Source of the DNA: Ruminococcus albus 7 = DSM 20455
GTDB taxonomy: Bacteria > Bacillota > Clostridia > Oscillospirales > Ruminococcaceae
Length of the DNA: 32,000 bases
Direction: 5' to 3'
Assembly (NCBI RefSeq): GCF_000179635.2
Contig: NC_014833.1
Span: 870,001-902,000 of the forward strand
The notes under the pieces were generated by a model. It worked only from the letters and a program-made list of their open reading frames with translations, was not told the DNA's origin and did not search any database. Both the position numbers and the translations under genes were made by a program. Within the stretch, counting starts at the first letter, position 1. Each line of letters starts with the position of its first letter. This document shows, in pieces, positions 7,947 to 17,400 of the stretch.

Positions 7947-8468
7947 TCAAAAGTATATCTCTTTCATATTCTCCGGCATAGCAGCAAACATCATCTGCAC
8001 CACAGTTTCCGCCGAGGTAGTATTATCGTTAAGCAGCCATTCTTTTGTCATACCGACGCAGCCGTAGCAATACAACCGAATAGAGTATTTAAGCTGAGTA
8101 TCGAGAATATCGGTATTCAGCTTTTCTTTTGCGATCAGCTCATAACGCTTGACGAAATATTCAAGCATATATTGCCACAAAGCGTTCTGCGAAACATCAT
8201 CATAGGCTCGCTTGTAGAAGATGAACTCCTGCCGCATTTTCGCCATGCCCTGAGCTGCCGACTCCGCTGAAATAACGTCTGTATCATAGGCATCGCTGAG
8301 GAATATCCATGCCACAAGATCATACTTATCTTTGAAATGATAATAGAAAGTGGGGCGCTCGATCTCTGCAACACGGCATATCTCGGTCACTCTGATCTTG
8401 TCCAGGGGCTTGGTTTTCATAAGTTCTTTCATCTTGTCTGCTATCCATATCTTAGTGCGTTCAGCCAT
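7947..8468 (-). CDS. TetR/AcrR-family transcriptional regulator
   Basis: N-terminal helix-turn-helix KIRVTEICRVAEIERPTFYYHFKDKYDLVAWIF is typical of TetR (DhaS-like) proteins. I prefer the start at MAERTK (8468) because GGAG lies ~9 nt upstream. Confidence 0.8.
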   Translation of the reverse strand: MAERTKIWIADKMKELMKTKPLDKIRVTEICRVAEIERPTFYYHFKDKYDLVAWIFLSDAYDTDVISAESAAQGMAKMRQEFIFYKRAYDDVSQNALWQYMLEYFVKRYELIAKEKLNTDILDTQLKYSIRLYCYGCVGMTKEWLLNDNTTSAETVVQMMFAAMPENMKEIYF

Positions 8469-8610
8469 TTTTATCACTCCATTTTCTTACAGAATTTAGA
8501 TTGTGTAAGACTTTCTATCATAATTATAATTCTGTATATTGAAAAAGTCAAGTACTTCGGGTAAAATAATATCAACAAAGGCGACAGCCTGCATGAAAGG
8601 AAATGATCTC

Positions 8611-9563
8611 ATGAACAGAGTATGTGAAATTTTAGGAATAACCAGACCAGTCATTCAGGCACCTATGGCTTGGATAACCTCATCAGACCTCGTTGCCGCC
8701 GTATCTAACGCAGGCGGACTTGGTGTTCTCGGTACAAGTGCAGATTTTACGGAGATCGTTAAGGGTGTGGAGGAAACAGTAGAGGAAATGCGAAAGACCA
8801 TCCGCAGAACAAAGAAGCTTACAGACAAGCCGTTCGGAATCAACGTATTCCCGAAAGCGGCAGACCCCTACGGTTTCAGCTAAGCGACGATCAGGCTGGC
8901 AAAAGAAGAAGGCGTAAAGGTACTGGTCGTTGCAGGTAATATTTCTGCCGATGAGATAAAGGCTTGGAAGAATGATGGATTCATCGTTATCATGCGTGAG
9001 CCTAATCCTACCGTCCGTGGAGCGATAGAAGCAGAAAAGGCAGGTGCGGACATCATAGTTGCAACAGGCTGTGACGAGGGCGGCTGTATGCCGTCGCTCA
9101 CTTCGGGAACAACTGCGTGACGGCTCTGCTTTCGGAGTATGTGAATATCCCCGTACTTGCAGCAGGCGGTATCGTCAATGAGAAAATGGCACTCGCCGCA
9201 AAGGTCGTGGGAGCTGAGGGCGTATTCGTCGGCACACGGTTCATTCTCTCAAAGGAGTGCAGAGCTGCCGATGCTACAAAAGCTGATATTATGGCAACTC
9301 ACCCCGATGATTATATCGTGTTCACGCAGATGAACGGTAATGCCCGTTGGAGAACAACTCCCCATAAGCACGGATTTGAGGGACTTGAAGCCAACAGGCG
9401 TGGTGACCTGAATCCGCCGTCGGGCAGCTTCTTCTACGGTATGCTCAAAGGTGATCCCGATGCCGGAGTGAATACCGTTGCAAACGTCACAAGTCTTATC
9501 AAGAGCATTGACAGCTGTGAAGATATTGTAAATGAGCTTGCAAGGCCGTTTGAGGAGGTATAA
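8611..9563 (+). pseudogene. Nitronate monooxygenase / FabK-like (NMO family) gene, disrupted
   Basis: N-terminus MNRVCEILGITRPVIQAPMAWITSSDLVAAVSNAGGLGVLG and the later IPVLAAGGI...GAEGVFVGTRF are NMO-family signatures. The reading frame contains an in-frame TAA at 8881-8883. A frame change lies near 9115-9120, where gcgtgacg looks like gcg-gtg-acg minus one g. Confidence 0.7.
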
Positions 9564-9565
9564 AT

Positions 9566-10447
9566 ATGCATTTTACAGGCACAGTTTACCGCAACCCCTA
9601 TTGGGAGACATTTCCGCTGTTGCAGATAACCCAGGGCTGCACCCACAACAAATGCAAATTCTGCACAATGTACCGTGATGTGCCTTTCAAGCTCCAGCCT
9701 ATGGAGTGGATCGAGGAAGATCTCAAAGAGATCGCAAAAGTTGCTCCCGATGCAAGTACGATTCAGCTTCTCAGCGCCAATCCGATTGCTATGACCTATG
9801 ACAAGCTCGCCCCGATACTCGAAATGATAAACAGGTATCTGCCGAAAATGGAATACATCTACGCAGCCACCAGAGTTACCGACATTCGCAATAAGACCGT
9901 AGAACAGCTTAAAAGCCTGAAAGAAATGGGCTTGCGTGAGATCTCCCTCGGTATTGAAAGCGGAGACGACTTTACTTTGGAGCGTATCAATAAGGGCTAT
10001 ACTTACGCAGATATACTGGAGCAATGTCACAAGCTCGAAGATGCAGGTATCGACTACTGGATGACTTTCCTCAATGGCGTGGCAGGCAGAGAACACAGTC
10101 ATGCCCATGCCGTCAACTCCGCAAAGATATTCAGCCAGTGCAAACCGATGCTTGTCGGCACAGGCGGTCTGACACTGTTTCCCGGCACTCCGCTTTTAAA
10201 GGAAGCGCATAGGGGTGAGTTTACACCGCTTCCCGAAAAGGAAATGCTTATAGAGCTTAAAACCTTTGTGGAGAACCTGACCTGTTACTGTTCGTTCATC
10301 ACGCATCACACGGTTTCGGGCAAAAACCTGACAGGTCCGGACTTTCTGAAACGCAAGGAGAGTATTATCGCAGCTCTTGAACGTGAGATCAGTCATGGCG
10401 ATTTGGACGCTATGGCGGCGATCAGAAGTGGCAAGAGGTCACTATGA
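9566..10447 (+). CDS. Radical SAM enzyme (no SPASM/twitch-type extra Cys cluster visible)
   Basis: The Cys triad in QGCTHNKCKFCTMY has CX4CX2C spacing as read. The GIESGDD motif is typical of the radical SAM core. The start codon lies 2 nt after the stop of the preceding gene. Confidence 0.75.
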   Translation: MHFTGTVYRNPYWETFPLLQITQGCTHNKCKFCTMYRDVPFKLQPMEWIEEDLKEIAKVAPDASTIQLLSANPIAMTYDKLAPILEMINRYLPKMEYIYAATRVTDIRNKTVEQLKSLKEMGLREISLGIESGDDFTLERINKGYTYADILEQCHKLEDAGIDYWMTFLNGVAGREHSHAHAVNSAKIFSQCKPMLVGTGGLTLFPGTPLLKEAHRGEFTPLPEKEMLIELKTFVENLTCYCSFITHHTVSGKNLTGPDFLKRKESIIAALEREISHGDLDAMAAIRSGKRSL

Positions 10448-10566
10448 GTATCGAGAATTTTGAAAAAACGGACGAACTTTTCTCTCTCGGTCTCAACTGC
10501 GGACTATGCAGATACCGTCTGCTTGGCAACTGCAACAGCTGTTTTAAGGACAGCAGCTTCAAGTAA
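10444..10566 (+). CDS. Unannotated 40-aa four-cysteine small ORF (MSIENFEKTDELFSLGLNCGLCRYRLLGNCNSCFKDSSFK)
   Basis: It falls below the ORF-track size cutoff. Its ATG overlaps the radical SAM stop codon (ATGA at 10444-10447). An AGAGG sequence lies 5 nt upstream of the ATG. The cysteines are arranged CxxC-x8-CxxC. Confidence 0.4.
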   Translation: MSIENFEKTDELFSLGLNCGLCRYRLLGNCNSCFKDSSFK

Positions 10567-10585
10567 TTATTCTATCTGATTATCC

Positions 10586-12034
10586 GAGTCAATCCCAAAT
10601 TCTGTGTAAACGCAAAATAGTGCAATAGAAAAGTGTATGATGAGACCGATTGTGAAAGCAGTCGGTCTTATCTGCATATTAGCACATGATTATTTGATTG
10701 TCAAGATATAAGTGTTATTCCGGGATCCTGTCGCCGTAGTATATCACAAGCTGAGCGTATATCTGGCTCCAGTCCTGACGACGCCCAGTCCACTTTTTCG
10801 TGATGTCCTTCATAGCCAGATACAGCATCTTGAAAAGGCTGTCATCTGTAGGAAATACGGATTTTGTTTTGGTCACTTTCCTAAGCTGACGGTTGAATCC
10901 TTCGATTGCATTGGTGGTATAGATCAGCTTCCGAAGCTCCTGCGGGAACTTGAAATATGTGCTGAGATTAGGCCAGTTTTCGTACCATGACTTTGAGATC
11001 TTGGGATATTTGCTGTCCCAGACAGCGGCAAATTCGTCCAGAGCGTCCAGAGCAGCTTCTTCAGTGGCGGCAGTATAGACCTTTTTCAGGTCGGTCATAA
11101 GCGCCTTGATATCCTTGTAGGAGACATATTTGCTTGAATTCCTGAGCTGATGAATGATACAGTTCTGGATATCAGTTTTCGGAAATACAGCCTCTATCGC
11201 CTGAGAAAAACCTGTCAGGTTATCAGTGCAGGCGATAAGAATATCATCAACGCCTCTGTTACGCAGACTATTCAGAACGCCTGCCCAGAATTTGGCACTT
11301 TCATTTTCGCCTACCCACATACCGAGAACGTCCTTCCTGCCGTCCATATTAACGCCTATCGCTATGTAGACAGCCTTTTTGATGATCTGTCCCTCGCTGC
11401 GAACGTGGTAGTGGATAGCATCAAGAAATACGACTGCATAGATGCTTTCAAGTGGTCTTTGCTGCCATTCCTTGGCTGCGGGAAGCACTTTATCGGTTAT
11501 GCGGCTGACAGTAGTATCGGATATCTCAAGACCGTAAATGTCACGAATATGATCCTCAATATCAGACGTTGACATACCTTTGGCATACATTGAGATGATC
11601 TTGTTCTCCATATCCTGAGATATGCTTGTCTGATTCTTGGGCAGTATCTTAGGCTCGAATTCGCCGTTTCTGTCACGAGGAACTTCAATATCAACCTTAC
11701 CCATACTGGTACGAAGAGTTTTCTTGCTGTGACCGTTACGACTGTTGTCGGTAGCCTTGTTCTTAACGTCATACGGCTCGTATCCAAGCTCGGAATCAAG
11801 CTCTGATTCAAGGCTACCTTCCATAAATCCGGCAAGTGCCTCCTTGAAAAGTTCCTGAATATCGTCCATGCTCTGAATATTCGCTGCCGAAAGAAAATCA
11901 CTTATTAGCTCTCTTCTTGCTCGCTGCTCTTCTGTTTCATTTCTTCGTCTTCTGCTCATAATTAAAACCTCCAAAGTAGTGTCTCTTCTATTATACACTA
12001 CTTCAGAGGTTTACACAAATTTTAGGATAGACTC
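10586..12034 (-). mobile_element. IS256-family insertion sequence with an intact 8-bp target-site duplication
   Basis: Terminal inverted repeats are gagtcaatcccaaattctgtgtaaac (left) and the reverse complement of gtttacacaaattttaggatagactc (right). The direct repeat gattatcc flanks the element at 10578-10585 and 12035-12042. Confidence 0.85.
10715..11998 (-). CDS. IS256-family (mutator-type) transposase, 427 aa
   Basis: Length and sequence style fit IS256 transposases (...AVVFLDAIHYHVR..., ...LIACTDNLTGF..., ...YTTNAIEGFNRQLRKVTK...). It is bracketed by IS256-like inverted repeats. Confidence 0.9.
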   Translation of the reverse strand: MYNRRDTTLEVLIMSRRRRNETEEQRARRELISDFLSAANIQSMDDIQELFKEALAGFMEGSLESELDSELGYEPYDVKNKATDNSRNGHSKKTLRTSMGKVDIEVPRDRNGEFEPKILPKNQTSISQDMENKIISMYAKGMSTSDIEDHIRDIYGLEISDTTVSRITDKVLPAAKEWQQRPLESIYAVVFLDAIHYHVRSEGQIIKKAVYIAIGVNMDGRKDVLGMWVGENESAKFWAGVLNSLRNRGVDDILIACTDNLTGFSQAIEAVFPKTDIQNCIIHQLRNSSKYVSYKDIKALMTDLKKVYTAATEEAALDALDEFAAVWDSKYPKISKSWYENWPNLSTYFKFPQELRKLIYTTNAIEGFNRQLRKVTKTKSVFPTDDSLFKMLYLAMKDITKKWTGRRQDWSQIYAQLVIYYGDRIPE

Positions 12035-12093
12035 GATTATCCCGTTTACACACCAATTAATTTGGTGTAATATCAGAACTAGAAATACTTGGC

Positions 12094-13110
12094 GGTTATC
12101 CCCTTAACACACCACAAGTAAGATCACTGCACCAAAGCAGCCAAAAGCCTTAAATACGCACTGTTTCCCAGCTTACGACGGTTGAATTTGTAACAGTATT
12201 CGGCAGCATATAACGCTGTGTGGATCTTTTCGTTTCCGTGGTAAGTTCCCATGATCATTGCTTTGAAGTTTGAAATAACTTTATGCATCCAGTTCAGCTG
12301 ACCGCTTGTCGGATCATATGTCTCAAAAACATGGAAGTATTTCTGTGCCAGCGGTTTCTTGTAACTTCGAGCATTATCACTCTCGATCTTCGAGCCTGCG
12401 CGGATATTATCCCTGGCAAATCTACCAACAGTTATACCCTTTAAATTCGGCACATCGCTCATTTTAACGTACTCGGGATTTCCTGCTGCGTTCTTCGATA
12501 AAGCTACGATCATCTTGACTTTTTCAGTACCTCTGCCGCGCTTTTTACCGTGAGTCGGAGCACCGAGATACGTGTCATCAAGTTCAACGATCCCGTCGAG
12601 CAAATAGCGTTCTTCACGACATTTCATAGCTTTTCTGATGCGATGAAGGATGTACCAGGCTGTCTTGTAGGTCACTCCCAAAGACCTCATCAGCGTAACA
12701 GCAGAAACGCTGCATTTGTTGCTCATAATGAGGAATGCGGTGACTATCCACAGTCTGAGCGGAATATGTGTTCTGTGCATAAAAGTTCCGTTTGTGGCGG
12801 ATATATCAGCTTTACAGAACTTGCAGCGCAGCATATGGCGTGACCTTATCCTGCGGTACTCAGAGCCACCGCAAAACGGGCAGGCAAAGCCCTTTTCAAA
12901 GCGGATATCAAGCAAAAAATCTTTGCAAAAGCTTTCATCTGCGAACTTTGAGTATATTCCATCAAGTGTGATCTCAGGTTTCGGAAATCTTTTTGACATA
13001 GCGACAGCTCCTTTCGGTTTCTGTCACTATTATACTATATTTCCCGGTTTTTGAGATCTGTTTATTTGGACAGCATTGTAAATTATCTGTGGTGTGTTAA
13101 AGGGATAACC
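12094..13110 (-). mobile_element. IS1595-family insertion sequence, copy 1 (intact)
   Basis: Terminal inverted repeats are ggttatccccttaacacaccaca (12094-12116) and tgtggtgtgttaaagggataacc (13088-13110). I found no matching 8-bp flanking duplication. Confidence 0.8.
12124..12999 (-). CDS. IS1595-family transposase (N-terminal zinc ribbon plus DDE domain), 291 aa
   Basis: The N-terminal motif CPFCGGSEYRRIRSRHMLRCKFC is the transposase zinc ribbon. The body of the protein has the size and layout of ISXO2-like DDE transposases. Confidence 0.8.
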   Translation of the reverse strand: MSKRFPKPEITLDGIYSKFADESFCKDFLLDIRFEKGFACPFCGGSEYRRIRSRHMLRCKFCKADISATNGTFMHRTHIPLRLWIVTAFLIMSNKCSVSAVTLMRSLGVTYKTAWYILHRIRKAMKCREERYLLDGIVELDDTYLGAPTHGKKRGRGTEKVKMIVALSKNAAGNPEYVKMSDVPNLKGITVGRFARDNIRAGSKIESDNARSYKKPLAQKYFHVFETYDPTSGQLNWMHKVISNFKAMIMGTYHGNEKIHTALYAAEYCYKFNRRKLGNSAYLRLLAALVQ

Positions 13111-13264
13111 ATGTATAGTAATTCTTGAAGCTTATTTCTTGATGTTCATCTTAATCATAAAATTTGATTACTCCGGTTATCAACAAATAAACTCTGTAAA
13201 TATTATAGATGAATATTTAGAATGATATCAGACGTTATAATTTCATGAAAAAGGCCCGAATAAT

Positions 13265-14006
13265 CAAAACCACCCGTTAAACGGGTGGTTTGCACTAGCC
13301 CTATAAGGGCATGATACTGACACTACCCCTTAAGGGGTCGGGAAAGGTCTGTCAACCGCATTTCATTCCCGTGCAACCCCTCAAGGGGTATTTTGTATTC
13401 GTTTTCTACTTTTTCTTGTATTTTTCTCCTGTAAATGGGTCTACTGTCTCAAACAGGCTGATCTGGTCGCACACTATATCTTCCTGCAACTGATTCCTGA
13501 TGTACTCTGCTATCTTTTTCTTGTTCTTTCCTACTGTATCAACATAGTATCCTCTGCACCAGAAGTGCCTGTTGCCATACTTATATTTCAGATTTGCGTG
13601 TCTGTCAAATATCATCAAACTACTCTTGCCTTTCAAATATCCCATTATCTCTGCTACACTGTATTTGGGCGGAATAGACAACAGCATATGTATATGATCA
13701 GGACACGCCTCTGCTTCGATTATTTTAACTCCTTTTTGATCACACAACTTTCTTAGTATCTTTCCGATATCCACTTTGATTTTATTATAAATCACCATTC
13801 TTCGATATTTCGGGGCAAATACTACATGGTACTTGCAATTCCACTTGGAATGTGCTAAACTATTTATATCGTCTCTTGTCATTGACGATACCTCCTTGTT
13901 ATTCTAAGTTTCGGTTGCCAGACCTATTCTTAGTTTATCACAGGAGGTTTTATTTTTCTACTCATAGCTAAAGCTTTTTAGAACCCCCGGCATAGCCGGG
14001 GGTTTT
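13265..14006 (-). mobile_element. IS200-type element (tnpA only); ends approximate
   Basis: The tnpA gene is flanked by GC-rich hairpins: acccccggcatagccgggggt (13983-14003) on the 5' side, and several CCCYTNAAGGGG-type palindromes plus ccacccgttaaacgggtgg (13270-13288) on the 3' side. Confidence 0.6.
13406..13882 (-). CDS. tnpA: IS200/IS605-family Y1 (HUH) transposase TnpA, 158 aa
   Basis: The HUH motif is present (PDHIHMLLSIPPKYSV) and the catalytic Tyr context is RGYYVDTVG. The conserved start reads AHSKWNCKYHVVFAPKYRR. Confidence 0.92.
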   Translation of the reverse strand: MTRDDINSLAHSKWNCKYHVVFAPKYRRMVIYNKIKVDIGKILRKLCDQKGVKIIEAEACPDHIHMLLSIPPKYSVAEIMGYLKGKSSLMIFDRHANLKYKYGNRHFWCRGYYVDTVGKNKKKIAEYIRNQLQEDIVCDQISLFETVDPFTGEKYKKK

Positions 14007-14012
14007 CGGTTA

Positions 14013-14042
14013 CAAAAAAACGCCTCACATAAAAGTGAGACG
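14013..14042 (-). terminator. Rho-independent terminator
   Basis: On the minus strand the stem is cgtctcac-ttttat-gtgaggcg, followed by ttttttt. Confidence 0.7.
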
Positions 14043-14055
14043 CTTATGTTGTTGA

Positions 14056-14225
14056 TCAAACACATTCAAGAACGTGCTTATGCCATCTTTCTATGAATTC
14101 AGTCTGTGCTTTATTTCTTATCGGGCAATTATAAGCCAGACACTTCTGTCGTATTTTATGAGTTTTTGGGGTAAGTTCAATTGTAATAAGGCTTTTTTCG
14201 GGTTCTTCCTTTTCTCTCAACATGA
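14056..14225 (-). pseudogene. Possible C-terminal fragment of a PcfJ-like (conjugative-element) protein
   Basis: IVMLREKEEPEKSLITIELTPKTHKIRQKCLAYNCPIRNKAQTEFIERW resembles, from memory, the conserved C-terminal block of PcfJ-like proteins. The upstream part of ORF 14056-14334 overlaps a strong plus-strand promoter and looks non-coding. Confidence 0.35.
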
Positions 14226-14301
14226 CAATTGTCTTAATTGTCAAATTATAGTTTAGTATTTTCTGATTTAAGTAAAACTGAACGATTTGATTATTTTTAT
14301 A

Positions 14302-14331
14302 TTGACATAGGAATAACATTCGTGATATAAT
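14302..14331 (+). promoter_or_regulatory. Sigma-A-type promoter, TTGACA-18 nt-TATAAT with an extended -10 TG
   Basis: ttgaca (14302-14307), tg at 14323-14324, tataat (14326-14331). It lies ~80 nt upstream of the 14411 start. Confidence 0.6.
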
Positions 14332-14410
14332 CATCTGGTAAAAAAACGCATGACAAATTAAACGCTGATTATTGAGCTATCAGCAAAATGGTAAAATAGG
14401 AGGAAATAGA

Positions 14411-17400
14411 ATGAAGGACAAAAATCGGTCGAAGCTTAAGCGGATTATTTCAGGCTTATTGGCTTTGACTATGACAGGCGCACTTTCTGCTGTTATGCCA
14501 GCATCCGCTGACAACATTATCGTTTCAAATGATAATTATAGTATACTGGCAGAAAAAGTTAAACTAAATGGCACTCATGTTAATGTTAACGGAGATATTC
14601 ATGGTGATGATAGCCTTGAATTTGGAGGATATCAGGTCACTGTCAATGGTGGTTGTTATTATACCAATGAAATAAAGAATTACTGTGGTGAGCTTACATA
14701 TTCAACAGGGGTATGTACTGAAAATCATATGGATATACCTCAATTGGGTGATTGTCTATATTATCTGGCCGGGTTGACAGGAGCAAATGAATATCATGAT
14801 GGTATAGTATTTAACTGGCAGGAAGAATTGGAACTTAGCTCTACTATTTCATATGACTTTTTTAATGCATATGGAAGAAATATTTGGGTTCAGGACATCA
14901 TTGCTTCTAAAAATGATTTATCGTTTAATTCAACTGATTTATCTACTCATCAATACAAAGAAGCATTTGTTTATTCTGCTAATGGAGATATTTCAATACA
15001 GGCAAACAATGTTGATCTGGATGGACTAATTTATGCACCTAACGGAAAAGTTATTATAAATGCTACCAGTATTGATTTCAGCGGTGTTATTATAGCAGAA
15101 GAGGTTGAGATCAATGGTAATGATGTTAATATTTCAACATCAGAATCAAATGCTTACCTTATTGAACTGGCATCTAGTATTTACGGAAAACGTGAAATAA
15201 TAGCTGTCGGAGATTATGATTCGGATAATTCTTTAGTTAAGTTGGCTTGGAACTCAAATATGATAGGAGATGCTTTCTCAGTATGGGCATCTTACGATGG
15301 AACTGACTATACTAAAGTAACAGATATTAATGATCTCAGCTATGATTATCAAGTCGAAAATGGGCATAATTCTGTTGATATTTATATTGAACAGGAACTG
15401 CTTTCAGGCACAAAGCTAGGTTCTAACGTAGTATCGCTTATTGCTGATGAAAATGGTAATTATTCTGTAGTAATGGATGATTCCGATAAAGATGGTCTTG
15501 TTGATCCGCTGGAGAAGATACTGGGAACTAACGTAAATGATCCCGACACTGACAGTGACGGTCTTACCGATTACGAAGAAGCATATTTTACACATACCGA
15601 TCCTATTCAATATGATTCGGATCAGAATGATATCTGCGATGCCGATGAAGATCCTGACAGAGATGGTCTGAATTTCAGAGAAGAACTTGATCTCGGTACT
15701 GATCTTTTTGAAGAGGACACCGATAACGATCATCTTAATGACGGAGATGAAGTAAAAGTTCATTTCACAGATCCTCTTGTAAAGGATACTGACGGAGATG
15801 ATTTTGTTGATGGTTATGAAGTGAACTATAACAGGGATCCTTTAAATCCTGATTCGGATGGAGATGGCATTTCTGACGGCGATGACATCTATACGATCAC
15901 TAAGAGTTCAAAGGAAAGTGATTCAAAGGTATCAGTCGAACTAACGATCGATATACCCGGTAAGAGTGTTGACAGTCTGAGTATTGATAAAGTGCCTGAA
16001 GATGATGTGTTCCTGCCTTCTGAAATGCCCGGATTTATTGGCAATGGATTTGATTTTTATGTTGACTGCGAGTTTGATACAGCAACAATGAAGTATACTT
16101 TCGATGAAAGTCTGCTTGACACACCTGATTTTGAACCTGCTGTTTATTACTGCGATATTGTAAATCAAAAAATGGTGTTGCTTGACGATCAGGTCTATGA
16201 TCCCGTAACTTGCACAGTAACAGCAAAAACCACACATTTTTCGAGGTATATTCTACTGAACAAAACAGCGTTTGAAAAGATCTGGGACAAGGATTTTGCA
16301 GGAACTTCTGTTGATAACTCCGGAAAAACTGTTGCTATGGATATAGCACTTGTAATAGATTCTTCCGGTAGTATGACCTGGAATGACCCAAAAAATCTAA
16401 GAAAAGATGCTGCAAAAGAATTTGTAGATAAGCTTAGCAGCATAGATGAGGCAGCTATAATTGATTTTGACTCTTCGTCTAAGATAAACCGTAATCTGAC
16501 AAGTAATAGAACATTATTGTATAGTGCAATAGACGATATTGACAGTTCCGGCGGAACATCTCTTACTGCAGGTGTAAGCAAAGGTCTGGAAGCATTGTCA
16601 AAATCTAACGACAAGAAGATCATGATTCTTCTGACTGATGGTAAAGGTCCTTATGACAAATCCCTTACAACGCAAGCAATTAACGCAGGAGTAACAATTT
16701 ATACGATCGGTCTTGGAACTAATAATGATATCGACCAGCCTCTGCTTAATTCGATAGCAACTGAAACAGGTGGAAAGTATTATCATGCTAAAAAAGATAT
16801 CGATATTCAGGGTAGCTTTGATAATGTAAGTGGTGATCTTGGCAACAAAGATAGTGATGAAGATGGTCTGCCGGACATAGTGGAAAAGAATCTTTATTGG
16901 TTTAATGGTGTTTCTTTATCTAAAGCAGCGAAAGAACATAAACCATCTGATATAGATCTTTATCTCGGCTTTGATCATAATAATAAAAATACGTTTTACA
17001 AATACCTTTCTGATGGTGATATAGTAGTTGAATATAAACAGATAAGCAAAGATCGTTATGAAGCAAAACTATTAGATGGTGTAATTTGGGATATCCCAAA
17101 TTTTAACAAAAAGCGAGTAGAGAACTTCAGAGAGGATGTCTGTGATCAACTCGGAAATATGTTAGCAAGTAATAATACCGATTCGGCAATTTATGGTGAT
17201 AATGTCGCACATCATATATTAGCTTATCATTCTGACGCAGGTGTGTATAAATGCGAATATTGTGATTATACTGTTGTAGATCCTAAAATTGAAGATGAAG
17301 ATTTACTATCAGAAGCAGATAAGTATCTTATGTTTTCTGTTGATTCAATGGCGGATCATGCTAAATCACTTGGCGAAAGAAAAATGTTTCAAACAACTGA

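Noticed and set aside
8881-8883. In-frame TAA in the NMO-like gene as possible programmed readthrough or recoding
   Set aside because: The same gene also carries a frameshift ~235 nt downstream, so decay or sequencing error is the simpler explanation. I see no recoding signal.
9434-10108. 224-aa ORF antisense to the end of the NMO-like gene and the radical SAM gene
   Set aside because: It has no recognisable motifs and is wholly antisense to a gene with clear radical SAM signatures. This is a typical shadow ORF.
12035-12093. gtttacaca in the spacer after IS256 (12043-12051) resembling the IS256 terminal repeat, and the palindrome ttacacaccaattaatttggtgtaa
   Set aside because: Only ~9 nt match the IS end, which is too short to call a second IS256 remnant. 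The palindrome lacks a T-run, so I cannot support a terminator call.
14372-14410. N-terminal extensions given by the ORF track (14372 for the large gene; likewise 25760, 27955 and 8477 for other genes)
   Set aside because: In each case an internal ATG is preceded at 7-9 nt by a strong GGAG/AGGAGG site. For the large gene, that ATG also begins a proper signal peptide. The longer forms lack any ribosome-binding site.
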